A DNA stretch of 64,000 bases from Mobula hypostoma (taxonomy: Eukaryota), in NCBI RefSeq assembly GCF_963921235.1, contig NC_086097.1, positions 4,774,001 through 4,838,000 on the forward strand, in the 5' to 3' direction. The notes below the pieces were generated by a model. The model had not been told where the DNA came from. It searched no databases and saw nothing but the letters and a program-made list of their open reading frames with translations. The position numbers were made by a program, and so were the translations under genes. Below are positions 26,063-38,327 of the stretch, in pieces (the stretch's first letter is position 1; each line of letters starts with the position of its first letter).

Positions 26063-27178
26063 TAATCAAGAATCTGTTTAATGTCATTTCCGGTACACAA
26101 GTGCAAAGGAGAACAAAATAATTGTTACTCAGGATCGATGCAGCCCAAAAAAAACACAATAAGATAAAGAATATAATGATAAAGAACACGATAAAAAACA
26201 GTACATAAGATAGTTTACACACATAGATTGATTGTATGTCCATAAAGTGACACTGGGCACAGGAGTGTCTGTACATGAGATGACTGACAGGAAATGATAA
26301 AGTAGTGGTGGTTGGGGGTGTGGAGGGTGCTATGTCTTATAACTCCAAAACGTCAAACCAACTTAAAGAAGAATACGAAGCTGGGAGAAGTTTGTCTTAG
26401 TTTCGCTTTTACTTGCAGTGTGAAGCACGTGTATGAAATAGCGGTGTGATGTTGTATGCCATTCATGTACTTTTACATATAACCCTAATCAATTATTTAA
26501 ACAAAGAATGCTTAATTAAACACTATATTTAAAATAATAATCAAATATTATTGAGATAGTAAATACACAACACTCCTCCCTGCTTAGCCACAAAGTCCAA
26601 CTTAATATAAGATGCATCTCAACTTGTATAGGTATACAGTAAACTATATAACACAACTACTATATAGACATTCACAGCGTAGTAAATTTTAAGTTTTCCC
26701 AATTAGGCCTAAAGATTTAATTTCTGTGGAAGATTTCTTACTCTTGTGAGATAACAAGAGTAGGCTATAGCTAAGCCTAGTAATTTCTAAGATAGGGACA
26801 TGTTCGGCACAACTTTGTGGGCCAAAGGGCCTGTATTGCGCTGTAGGTTTTCTATGTTTCTATAATGTCTTTCCTGACCGGGGGGGGGGTGGGGTGGGGT
26901 GGGTGTGTGTGTGTGGCGGGGGGGGCGGGAAGAGTCACTTTGTTTGGCAGTTCAGACTTGTGGCTGTGAAACAATCTGAGTTTCTGGGGGTCTCTTCCAT
27001 GGTGGTTGCAGGAGTTGACTCTAGGACTGCAAGAAATGGTGCTGACAGCTCCGAACACCTTTCTTAACTAATAATTGATTCTGTTCTCTTCAGCTGATGG
27101 AGGTCTCGTCTCCGGATGATATTAGACGCAATCTCCACTGTGTAGGAGAGTGGTCCAGTTCTGACTTTCAACTTTCCA

Positions 27179-28342
27179 AGTATGGATTTCAGCAAGGCAT
27201 TTGATACGGTACCCCATGCCAGGCTTATTGAGAAAGTAAGGAGGCATGGGATCCAAGGGGACATTGCTTTGTGGATCCAGAACTGGCTTGCCCACAGAAG
27301 GCAAAGAGTGGTTGTAGACGGGTCATATTCTGCATGGAGGTCGGTGACCAGTGGTGTGCCTCAGGGATCTGTTCTGGGACTCCTACTCTTCGTGATTTTT
27401 ATAAATGACCTGGATGAGGAAGTGGAGGGATGGCTTAGTAAATTTGCGGATTACGCAAAGATTGGGGTTGTTATGGATAGTGTGGAGGGCTGTCAGAGGT
27501 TACAGTGGGATATTGATAGGATGCAAAACTGAGCTGAGAAGTGGCAGATGGAGTTCAACCCAGATAAGTGTGAAGTGGTTCATTTTGGTAGGTCAAATAT
27601 GATGGCAGAATATAGTATTAATGGTAAGACTCTTGGCAGTGTGGAGGATCGGGGGATCTTGGGGTCTGAGTCCAAAGGACACTCAAAGCAGGTTGACCCT
27701 ATGGTTAAGAAGGCGTACGGTGTATTGGCCTTCATCAAACGTGGAATTGAATTTAGGAGCCGTGAGGTAATGTTGCAGCTGGATAGGACCCTGGTCAGAC
27801 CCCACGTGGAGTACTGTGCTCAGTTCTGGTCGCCTCACTACAGGAAGGATGTGGAAACCATAGAAAGGGTGCAGAGAAGATTTACAAGGATGTTGCCTGG
27901 ATTGGGGAGCATGCCTTATGAAAACAGGTTGAGTAAACTCGGCCTTTTCTCCTTGGAGCGACGGAGGATGAGAGGTGACCTGATAGAGGTGTATAAGATG
28001 ATGAGAGGCATTGATTGTGTGGATAGTCAGAAGCTTTTTCCCAGGACTGAAATGGCTAACACGAGAGGGCACAGTTTTAAGGTGCTTGGAAGTAGGTACA
28101 GAGGAGATGTCAGGGATAGGTATTTTACACAGAGAGTGGTGAGTGTGTGGAATGGGCTGCCGGCGATGGTGGTGGAGGCGGATATGATTGGGTTTCTTAA
28201 GAGACTCCTGGATAGGTACATGGAGCTTAGAAAAATAGAGGGCTATAGGTAAGCCTAGTAATTTCTAAGGTAAGGATATGTTCGGCACAGCTTTGTGGAC
28301 TGAAGGGTCTGTATTGTGCTGTAGGTTTTCTATGTTTCTATA
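27179..28342 (+). mobile_element. CR1 LINE 3' part nested in the Gypsy element
   Basis: MDFSKAFD, QGSVLG, EYCAQFWSP, TRGH; tail TTTCTATGTTTCTA. Confidence 0.92.
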
Positions 28343-29148
28343 TTTTACCCATTTTTGGTCATCTCTGTGGTCCATCTGCCAGGACTGCTTGCTTAGAGCG
28401 AAACATCAGACCTCCTGGTTTGAGGAGCCTTCAGTTTGTCTCAGCTGTTTGCCCTGCATACTCCTTCTGGGGAGGTTTAAAGTGATCCACGTGTGAGTAC
28501 AGGTGAGGACCCAGGAGCAGCATGGTTGTGGAGCGTGTTGCATTTATGATGTTCAAGGGGGAAGTTAGCATGTTTCTGATTCAGTGTCTGTGTAGTGTGC
28601 TCTGCAGATATTGCCCCCGGTGCATTCTTTAGACTCTGCACAAACCCTTCCACCAAGCCATTTATAGCTGGTTGGTATGATGCAGATGTAATATTGCTTA
28701 TTCCATTCATTTTCAGGAGTGACTGAAACTCTTCCAAACAAACTGTGGTCCATTATCACCGACTAAGTATGCTGCAACCCCAGTCCTTCTCAACACACCG
28801 GCAGGGTGTGAGGCTGGAGCGGAGGCTGTTGGGAACATCTCTGGCCACTTTGTAGCTGCTTCCACTACTACCAAAAGTTGCATCCACTGCTACCCGTGAC
28901 TGGTCTGGCAAAATCCACATGAATCCTCTGCCAGGGCAATGCAGGCCATTTCCAGGGATGGAGAGGTGCTGTGCTTGGCATCTTCTGGACATGCTGACAT
29001 CCAGAACAGTGCACGGTGAGCTGCTCGATCTGCTGATCTACCCCAAGGCCACCAAACGTGGTGACATGATGATATATGCCAATCGCATACAGTGGCATAT
29101 AACCTGTAACGACATATCTACACCAACAAAGAATGCTTCATTAAACAA

Positions 29149-29304
29149 AAACAACAGGAATTCTGCAGATGCTGGAAATTCAAGCAACATACATCAAAGT
29201 TGCTGGTGAGGACGGACGAAGGGTCTCGGCCTGAAACGTCGACTGCGCTTCTTCCTATAGATGCTGCCTGGCCTGCTGCGTTCACCAGCAACTTTGATGT
29301 ATGT
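29149..29304. mobile_element. Young Penelope-like inverted pLTR mini-insertion in the Gypsy LTR
   Basis: 15-bp duplication TGCTTCATTAAACAA (29134-29148, 29305-29319); internal inverted repeat AAGCAACATACATCAAAGTTGCTGGTGA. Confidence 0.85.
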
Positions 29305-29825
29305 TGCTTCATTAAACAATATAGTTACAATATTAATTAAATATTACTGAAATATTAAATATACAGCAGAGGGGTGCATTCATGGTGGAGCTGTTGATCA
29401 GCCTTACTGCTTGAGGAAAGTAAATGTTTTTGAGTCTGTTGGTCCTGGCATGGGTGCTTTCTAGCCCCCTCCCTGATGGGAGTAGAACTAACAATCCATA
29501 AGCAGGGTCGGTGAGACCCTTCATGATGTTACTGGCCCTTTTCCAGCACCTTTTTTTCTCTATGGTATTGTGCATCTTTGGTTTTGTATCTGGTTTCAGG
29601 TTGTACGGCCTTCGCAGGGCCCTGAGTTCAACATCATCGAGGCTCAATGGGATTAACTGCAGAGACAGAAGCAAGCCAGACAGCCAAAGTCTGCAGAAGA
29701 ACTGTGGAATGTTCTCCAAGATGCTTGGAACAACCGAGCAGCCAATTGTTGTATAAAACTGCACAACAGTATAGCTAAGATGCAGTTTTAAACGCAAAGG
29801 GTGATCACACCAAATATTGATTTGA

Positions 29826-30770
29826 GCAACACACATCAAAGTTGCTGGTGAACGCAGCAGGCCAAGCAGCATCTATAGGAAGATGCGCAGTCGACGTTTC
29901 AGGCCGAGACCCTTCGTCAGGACTAACTGAAGGAAGAGTGAGTAAGGGATTTGAAAGTTGGAGGGGGAGGGGGAGATCGAAAATGATAGGAGAAGACAGG
30001 AGGGGGAGGGATGGAGCCGAGAGCTGGACAGGTGATAGGCAAAAGGGGATACGAGAGGATCATGGGACAGGAGGTCCGGGAAGAAAGACGGTGGGGGGGG
30101 GGTGACCCAGAGGATGGGCAAGAGGTATATTCAGAGGGACAGAGGGAGAAAAAGGAGAGTGAGAGAAAGAATGTGTGCATAAAAATGAGTAACAGATGGG
30201 GTACGAGGGGGAGGTGGGGCATTAGCGGAAGTTAGAGAAGTCAATGTTCATGCCATCAGGTTGGAGGCTACCCAGACGGAATATAAGGTGTTGTTCCTCC
30301 AACCTGAGTGTGGCTTCATCTTTACAGTAGAGGAGGCCGTGGATAGACGTGTCAGAATGGGAATGGGATGTGGAATTAAAATGTGTGGCCACTGGGAGAT
30401 CCTGCTTTCTCTGGCGGACAGAGCGTAGATGTTCAGCACAGCGGTCTCCCAGTCTGCGTCGGGTCTCACCAATATATAAAAGGCCACATCGGGAGCACCG
30501 GACGCAGTATATCACCCCAGTCGACTCACAGGTGAAGTGATGCCTCACCTGGAAGGACTGTTTGGGGCCCTGAATGGTGGTAAGGGAGGAAGTGTAAGGG
30601 CATGTGTAGCACTTGTTCCGCTTACACAGATAAGTGCCAGGAGGGAGATCAGTGGGGAGGGATGGGGGGGACGAATGGACAAGGGAGTTGTGTAGGGAGC
30701 GATCCCTGTGGAATGCAGAGAAGTGGGGGAGGGAAAGATGTGCTTAGTGGTGGATCCTGTTGGAGGTTGG
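29826..30770 (-). mobile_element. Penelope-like element 3' part: GIY-YIG endonuclease plus pLTR
   Basis: ORF 30222-30548 FTCESTGVIYCVRCSRCGLLYIGETRRRLGDRCAEH...PVATHFN...QPDGMN; 13-bp TSD AATATTGATTTGA (29813-29825, 30771-30783). Confidence 0.92.
29888..29925 (-). ncRNA. Minimal type I hammerhead ribozyme in Penelope pLTR
   Basis: TAGTC-CTGACGA-AGG(GTCTCGG)CCT-GAAA-CG-TC-GACTG: intact core, stem I AGTC/GACT, palindromic ACGT stem III. Confidence 0.8.
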
Positions 30771-30911
30771 AATATTGATTTGATTTAGTTTTTCACTGCT
30801 TACTGCTTTCTATTGTAATTTTTTTGATAGTTATAAACTTTTCATTATTTTTGAAAGTGCCTTTGCTTTGCAGGAATATCTTACATGTGCTAAGACTGAG
30901 AGCTGTACTGT

Positions 30912-31280
30912 ATGTCCTTGATGGCAGGTAGGCTGGTGGCTGTGATGCGATGGCTGTTTTGCTTACCTGTTGTAGAGCTTTCTTGTCTGATACAGTGCTG
31001 TTTCTGAACCAGGCTGTGATGCAGCATGTTACGATGCTCTCTGTGTACATCTGTAGAATGATGTGAGTGTAGGTCTTCATAGTCCAGCTCTCTTTAGCCT
31101 CCTCAGAAAGCCGAGGTGTTGGTGAGCATTCCTAACTGTGTAGAATGGGTTCTGGGACCATGAGTGGTTGAGTGAGATGTGTACTCCTCAGAGTTTGAAA
31201 TTGTTCACAGTTTCCAGTGTCGTGCTGCTGATGTAAAGAAGGCGGTGTCATCTCTCCTCAAGCTGATAACCATCTCCTTT
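30912..31280 (-). mobile_element. Rex1/Babar-like RT C-terminal fragment
   Basis: ESIVTCCITAWFRNSTVSDKKALQQVSKTA. Confidence 0.7.
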
Positions 31281-31284
31281 TCCT

Positions 31285-31830
31285 AGAGTCAAAAAGTCAC
31301 AGAACACAACAGAACCAAAACAGGACATTTGCCCTTCTAGTCTGTGCTAAACCATTGGCCCTTGGCCTATCTGCTCCACGCTGACCTATTAATCTGCCTA
31401 GTCCCATTGACCTACACCCAGAGACGATCACTCCCCCATACCCCTCCCATCCATGTATTTGTCCAAATTTCTCTTAAATGTTGAAATCAAACCTGCATCT
31501 ACCATTTGTGCTGGCAGCTCGTTCCGCTTTCTCATCACCCTCTGAGTGAAGAAGATTCCCTTCATGTTCCCCTTAGAAATTTTATCTTTCACCTTTAACC
31601 CATGACCTCTAGTTGTAGTTTAGTTGCACCCAACCTCAGTGCAAAAAAACTGCTTGCATTTACCCTTTCTATACCCCTCATAACTTTGTTTAATTCTTTT
31701 AAAACTCCCCTCAATCTTTTACGCTCTAAGGAATAAAGTCCTCACCTATTTAATCTTTCCCCATAATTCAGGTCTTCCAGTCCCAGCAACATCCTAGAAA
31801 ATTTTCTCTGCACCCTTTCAACCTTATTTC
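31285..31830 (-). mobile_element. CR1 3' fragment
   Basis: Same family as 1556-1907; minus strand decayed ERVQR...LGLYSLE...TRGH. Confidence 0.8.
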
Positions 31831-32999
31831 CTGTTGATATTGAGGTGCTGGGTGAAACTCCTTAGACTGTCCCCACTCACCATTCCCCAGAAACCCAATC
31901 AGCTCACAGACAATAGTCTGTCAGGCAGATGCTGAGTATCATCTCCTCAAGGATGGTTGTGTTTGGTCAGTAAATACTGATCTTGTCAGTGACACCCACA
32001 ACCTGGAGAATAAATATAAAAGAAAAAATGGACAAGCTGCTGCCTCAGGCCATTACGTTCCATATGGTCCACTAGAAACAGTGTGGTGCAGCATCCAAGC
32101 TGCAGCTGGTGCTGCCCCCTTGTGTTCACTTGGCAGAAGACAAGCCGTATTATGTTCGACTACAGATTTCTGCAATTTTCATGGACTCAGGGTCTTGATC
32201 TATATACATTTATTGTGTAACTGTATTTTACCGATATTCTGTAAGTGTGTGCTCTCTTATATATGCTAAGTGTGCTGTGTACTGTGTGTGACTGTTGGTG
32301 CAGTGTTTTGCACTGTGGCCCCAGAGTAACGCTGTATCATTAGGCTGTACTCACAGGTGTTCATGTATGGGTGAATGACAATTAAATTTGAACTTGCACT
32401 AACTATGAACCGTGCTGCAGGATAATGGATTGTGAGCAAGAGTGCTCATGGCTCAGGCCTTTCTGTCTAAATTCCCTTACGTTGCAAGGTGAATCTCCTT
32501 TATGAAGGATAATGAATGGAACGTTTGATGGATCCACTTTGTTACTTCCTATTCACACAAAACGCGCTCCACAGAGTTAATAGAGGGAGTGGTCCTGTGA
32601 GGTTAGTGCGTTCATGGTTTGAAAGACATATGAATCACATGGTGGGTACCGTAATTAATCACGTGTTCCTTGATTCATTTCATCAGTTCCATCAGCATTT
32701 CTGTTGTGAGTGCTCCTATGATGAATACACACTGCCAGTGAAACAGATAATAGATCTTTGCATCACATTCAGTTGCAAGAACTGCTGCCATGGGGTTACC
32801 CTGCTGAGACGCCCACCCTCACTGCCACCCTGCGTGTAAAGTGTGAAGTTAACTTGTGGATCTGTTGGCTTCAACTTCCTGTCCAAAGCCATTTCTAAAT
32901 CATGCATGCGAATGTAGAAATCTCAAATTGCCGGTTAGCCTTTAGTAGACTGTTCTGAGGTTGGTCTTGTAATCCAGCAACCTTTTGTAATAGTAATAA

Positions 33000-33545
33000 T
33001 AATAACAATAGTAACTTCTTTATAAAGCATTTTCATGTATGAAAAGTGCTATAGAAATATTATTATTAATATTACTATTAATGTTGCTGTTAAAAGTGCT
33101 TTACAATGAGATAAAGTTCAAATATGAAAATGTAAGACAAAAAGATGTTAATTAAAAGCAAGTTTAAATAAATAGGTTTTGAGTTGGTGTTAAAAGTGTC
33201 AACTGAGTCTGTATCCCTTATAGTTTTAGGCATCAACATCCACAGTTTAGGAACATAGTTCAGCAAAACTGACAACTATCTGTTGAGGAAGACTGTTAAA
33301 ATTTGAGAGACCTGGTGGAGGAAGAGCTCAGCACAAGCAGGGTTATAAAAGAAAAGTGATTCTATGGTGTACTCCGGTCCCAGGCCATTAAGGACTTTAA
33401 AACCAAGTAAGACAACTTTAAAACCAATTCTAAAAGGTACAGGAAGCCAATGCAGAGTAGTTAGGACAGGAGTGATATGCTCCCTCATCCTGATTTTGGT
33501 TAAAAGTCTAGCAGCGGCGTTCTGAATGAGTTGAAGTTTGTCAGA
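33000..33545 (-). mobile_element. L2-clade LINE 3' end
   Basis: REHITPVLTTLHWLPVPFRIGFKV...LNGLGPEY; (TTA)n-type tail sequences at about 32990-33080. Confidence 0.8.
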
Positions 33546-33899
33546 AACTATTAAAGATTAGTCATACAAAACTGTTTAAATTTAATTAATGTTGGAAGGC
33601 AAAAGAAATTAAAAACATATAAAATAGAAGAGATGTAACATCATATACAAAATGATGACAGAGCGTTGCAGGTCAGGCTGCGTCTTTGGAAGTCAATGAC
33701 ATGTACAGGAAGACGTTACTTCCTGCTTGGCCTTGTTGTCTGCTGCATCTCCATCAGTAGCCATGTCATCAGCCAGAGACCGTCACTCATTGATGTTTTA
33801 TTTCCTTAGCCCCGATAAACAGTCGCCGGTTCTCCCCGAGGCTCTTCTTCACTCTCGGCCCTGCCAATGAATACTTGGGCAGTGTGTGTTCAGCGCATT

Positions 33900-34013
33900 T
33901 GGTCTCGGCCCATAATATCAACTTTTATCCATTTCTATCGATGCTGCTGAGCTCCTCCAGCATTTTGTGTGTGTTGCTCTGGATTTCCAGCATCTGCAGA
34001 TTCCCTTGTGTTT
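33900..34013 (+). mobile_element. Penelope-like pLTR 3' fragment
   Basis: ggtctcggccc...gatgctgctgagctcctccagcattttgtgtgtgttgctctggatttccagcatctgcaga. Confidence 0.75.
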
Positions 34014-34500
34014 AAAAATGACCTATAACTGACCCTGCCCCATTGTCATCCTCTCGTGGTTCATTCAAATGACTGGAGATACTCTCAGTGAAGAGTCTGT
34101 AAGCAAATTCCCGATGACAAGTGCCAGGGAATTGTTGAACTTCAAACGAAATTCAACAACTAAACGTAGTTGGTGAATGTTTGTGAAAGAAAGTTTAATA
34201 AATTTGGAATGCTTATGTCTCATCGTTAGGTGTGCAGATGCAATGGTCTCAAATTTAGTGACAATTTGTTAGTCTTTGTGTGTATTTTTCACGAATTTTG
34301 TTGTCCTTTGTTCTATTGAGAATGCCAAAGTTGCCGTGGTCTTTCATTGATTCTGTTATGGTTATTATCTTCCGGATTTATTGAGTATGTCCACAAGAAA
34401 ATAAATCCCAGGGCAGTATTTAGTGGTATAAGTGCACTTTGATAATAAATTTACTTTGACCTTTTGAACGTTAAGTGTTTCCAGTATTTTCTAATTCAGC

Positions 34501-34588
34501 CTGACGAAGGGTTCCGGCCCAAAACGTTGACTGATCTTTTCCACGGATGCTGCCTGACCTGCTGAGTTCCTCCAGCGTGTTGTGAGTG
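34501..34588 (+). mobile_element. 88-bp Penelope-like insertion starting at the hammerhead core
   Basis: 13-bp TSD TTTCTAATTCAGC (34488-34500, 34589-34601); begins CTGACGAAGGGTTCCGGCCCAAAACGTT. Confidence 0.85.
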
Positions 34589-34748
34589 TTTCTAATTCAG
34601 CTTGCCTGAAATAATATCTTATCTCACATTTAGTAAGACTAAATAGGACTGATAATCAATATTCAGGCTTTATTCTAGAATATGGCAACATATCCACATT
34701 CATTTATTGAAATTTAGGGTACAAGTCACTGCTCCTTTCTTAGACTGG

Positions 34749-34828
34749 TAGGGATTCCTAACCTGGGGTCCACCGAGCCTTTGGTTAACGGTATTGGTCC
34801 ATGGCATTAAAAAGTTTGGGAACCCCTG
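34749..34828. mobile_element. hAT-type MITE (80 bp)
   Basis: Imperfect TIRs TAGGGATTCCTAACC / GTTTGGGAACCCCTG; no clean TSD seen. Confidence 0.55.
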
Positions 34829-35394
34829 TCTTAAGGCAAGCTTTCAGCAGAACTTTCCAATGTTTCATAATCTCTACAAGCACACAGGAAGATTCTTAAC
34901 TGTTTACTTCGATTGGCACAATACATACCAAATTATTATTGTAATTAAAGGATTATAACTAAGAAGTTTTTTATGTGTCTTCTGAATCTTACAGTTGTAA
35001 ATACTATTTATCAAAATTATATGATATTATACTACCCCAGGTTAATTGTGACTTAGTCAGTATGAACAAGTGACTCATTCAGGGGATGTTCTTATTCTGC
35101 AACTGTCATCCCTATGGGGCAAATTTATCTGGAATTATGCTCCACAGATGTAGCAGAATCACTAATTAATGTAGAAATCTGAAGGGCATATGTGTTTGCC
35201 TCTCCTCTTTGCATAACACATCAGCAAACTCTCACCTATTTGCAAAGTGATATATCTCATGGACTGCTAAATAACTAATTATCAATACCAATTTAAGAAA
35301 AAACTGTACATCTTTTAAACTTAAAAAAATTCAGTGGAAAATTGTATGCCCTAGGGAGTTTGAAATGAAACCAAAAAATTCTGTTGCAGAGATA

Positions 35395-36336
35395 CAGTAC
35401 TGTGCAAACGTCTTAGACATCCGAGATTTTTTATATGGTTTTAGGTTGTATGGCCTCCACAGAGCCCTGATCGCAACATCTGGGATTATAGAAACATAGA
35501 AACATAGAAAACCTACAGCACAATACAGGCCCCTAAGCCCACAAAGCCATGCCGAACATATCTTTACCTTAGAAAATACCTAGGGTTACCCATAGCCCTC
35601 TATTTTTCTAAGCTTCATGTACCTGTCCAGGAGTTTCTTAAAAGACCCTATCGTATCTGCTTCCACCACCGTCGCCGGCAGCCTATTCCATGCAGTCACC
35701 ACTCTCTGCGTAAAAAAAAACTTACCCCTGACATCTCCTCTGTACCTACTTCCAAGCACCTTAAAACTATGCCCTCTCATGCTGGCCATTTCGGCCCTGG
35801 GAAAAAGCCTCTGACTATCCACACAATCAATGTCTCTCATCATCTTATACACCTCTATCAGGTCACCTCTCATCCTCCGTCGCTCCAAGGAGAAAAGGCC
35901 GAGTTCACTCAACCTATTCTCATAAGGCATGCTCCCCAATCCAGACAACATCCTTGTAAATCTCCTCTGCACCCTTTCTATGGTTTCCACATCCTTCCGA
36001 TAGTGAGGCGACCAGAACTGAGCACATTATCTGGAGAGGCAGAAGCAAGTGAGACAGCCATAGTCTACAGAAGAACTGTGGCAAGTTCTCCAAGATGCTT
36101 GGAACAACCTACCAGCTGATTATTGTATAAAACTGCATGACAGTGTACCTAAGAGAATTGATGCACTTTTAAAGGCAAAGGGGTTGGTCACACAAAGTAT
36201 TGATTTGATTTAGATTTTTTACTCTTTACTGCTCTTTAAAGTAATTTTTTGATGTTTCGAAACTAGGCATTTCATTATTTCTGAAAACATTTAGAAAACT
36301 TTTTGTGTGTGTCCTTAAAACTTTTGCAGAGAACTG
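35395..36336 (+). mobile_element. Tc1/mariner non-autonomous element with nested CR1
   Basis: TA-flanked TIRs CAGTACTGTGCAAA... / ...TTTGCAGAGAACTG; WPPQSPD motif remnant. Confidence 0.8.
35490..36025 (-). mobile_element. CR1 3' end nested in Tc1
   Basis: ORF 35586-35990; (AGAAACAT)n tail; ATTAT at 35485-35489 and 36026-36030. Confidence 0.92.
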
Positions 36337-36777
36337 TAAGCAAATCAGTGACATTAACTGCACAGTGTATATAATGAGTAGTGCAAAAATAGAGAGGGAA
36401 ACATAGTGAGGTAGTGTACATGAATTCATTGTCCATTCGGAAATCTGACTGTGGAGGGGAAGAAGCTGTTCTTAAAACATTGAATGAATGTTTTCAGGTT
36501 CCTGTGCTTCCTCCTTGATAGTAACAAAGAGAAGTGTGCATGTAATGGGAATCCTTAAAGATAGATGGCATCATTAGCACAGGCTAGATGGTTGAAAGAT
36601 CTATTTCTGTACTGTAGTGTTCTACGACTCTATGACAGGCTAAAGCTAATGAAGGAAGTATTGCTTGAAGCTCTAGGTTTTGGCTATGAATTGCATGCAG
36701 CACACATAATAATTAATTTGTACCAGCAAGAGGCACGCAAAATATGCAGTCAGTAGTGGAATAAAATCCACAAAGTC

Positions 36778-38327
36778 TTTCTTTCTTTTTAAATCTTTTT
36801 ATTGAATAAGTATACAAAAAGGTAAGCCATATAGGCACTAATACACTGTTAGAATATAATAAAATTACAGGAGATATTAATACAGATAAAAAATGATACA
36901 AACAATGTAATTTAAACATAACATAATAAGGTAACATAATAGTATACTAATTTTTATATATATATATATCAATAGAGAAAAGGAAAAAAAAACCCCAAAC
37001 CCCCCCCCCAAAAAAACCCACCGTGCAACTAAACTAAAAGCAAAGCAAAGCAATGGGCTAACTTGGAACCAAGTAGAGTTAAAGAACTTAAAATCACGTC
37101 CTCAAACCCGACCTCCATTAAAAACAGTAAAAAAAAACAAGAAGGGAATATAAATATGGAGCAAAAAAGAGAAGAACAAAAAAAATTACATTAAATGAAA
37201 ATATTGAATAAAAGATCTCCAGGTCTGTTCAAATTTAAGTGAGGAATCATAAAGATTGCTTCTAATTTTCTCCAAATTCAAGCGTAATATCGTCTGAGAA
37301 AACCAAAAAAAGGTAGTTGGAGCATTAAGCTCTTTCCAATGTTGTAAGATACATCTTTTCGCCATTAAAGTAAGAAATGCAATCATTCTACGGGCTGAAG
37401 GAGAAAGATTACTGGAAATTTTAGGTAATCCAAAGATAGCAGTAATAGGGTGAGGAGAGATATCTATATTCAATACCTTTGAGATAATATTAAAAATGTC
37501 TCTCCAAAAAGTTTCCAGAGTAGGACAAGACCAAAGCATATGAGTTAAAGAGGCTATCTGCCCCGGACATCTATCACAAAAAGGATTAATATGAGAATAA
37601 AAACGAGCTAATTTATCTTTGGACATATGTGCTCTATGAACAACTTTAAATTGAATTAGGGAATGTTTAGCACAGATAGAGGAAGTATTGACTAATTGTA
37701 AAATCTGCCCCCAGTCATCCACGGAAATGATAGAGCCCAATTCCTGTTCCCAATCTACCCTAATCTTATCAAATGGAGCTTTCCTAAGTTTCATAATAAT
37801 ATTATAAATCATAGCTGATGCACCTTTCTGACATGGATTAATGTTAATTATAGTATCTAAAATATATGTAGGAGGAAGCATTGGAAAGGAAGAAAGTATA
37901 GTACTTAGGAAATTTCTAACTTGTAGATATCTAAAAAAATGTATTCTTGATAAATTATATTTATTAGATAATTGTTCAAAAGACATGAGAGAACCATCTA
38001 AAAATAAATCCAAAAACTGTGAAATACCCTTAGTCTTCCAAATTTGAAAAGCACGATCTGTGAAAGAGGGAGGAAAAAATATGTTACCTAAAATAGGAAT
38101 CATTAGCCCAAATTGGTTAAGATCAAAAAATTTTCTGAATTGAAACCAAGTACGTAAGGTATATTTAACTATCGGGTTAGAGATCTGTTTGAGGCGTTTC
38201 AAATCAAAAGGAAGAGAGGAACCTAAAATAGAGCCAAGTGTATAGCCCTGAACAGATTGTAATTCCAATGCTACCCATTTAGGAATGGATAGTATATCCT
38301 GGTCAAGTAACCAAAATTTCATATGTC
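36778..38327 (-). mobile_element. L1-clade LINE, young and 5'-truncated
   Basis: Uninterrupted ORF2 C-terminus (FFRYLQVR, QFKVVHR, CDRC...HMLWSC zinc finger); AATAAA plus A-rich tail; 19-bp TSD GAATAAAATCCACAAAGTC (36759-36777, 38328-38346). Confidence 0.92.

Larger units (their letters stand above)
26328..29368 (-). mobile_element. Internally deleted Gypsy LTR retrotransposon (integrase remnant, two LTR ends)
   Basis: TG...CA ends; 5-bp TSD GAGGG (26323-26327, 29369-29373); LTR 26328-26572 with adjacent PPT (minus AAGCAGGGAGGAG); integrase motifs PLHPWKWPALPWQRIHVDFA and YQPAINGLVEGFVQSLK; the LTR end recurs at about 29080-29368. Confidence 0.8.
29585..30910 (+). mobile_element. Tc1/mariner non-autonomous remnant split by a Penelope insertion
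   Basis: Same sequence as 52008-52413; decayed right TIR GTGCTAAGAC...TGTACTG at about 30886-30910. Confidence 0.7.

Noticed and set aside
25205..28342. Local segmental duplication (25205-26060 versus 27180-28340)
   Set aside because: Similarity is confined to CR1 sequence, deletions differ and flanks are unrelated, so these are independent insertions
30222..30548. GIY-YIG ORF as a host nuclease or homing endonuclease
   Set aside because: Multi-copy (46711-47037, 40239-40291), TSD-bounded and attached to a pLTR, so it is a Penelope endonuclease
32516..32839. 107-aa ORF as a host exon
   Set aside because: No recognisable homology or convincing splice context
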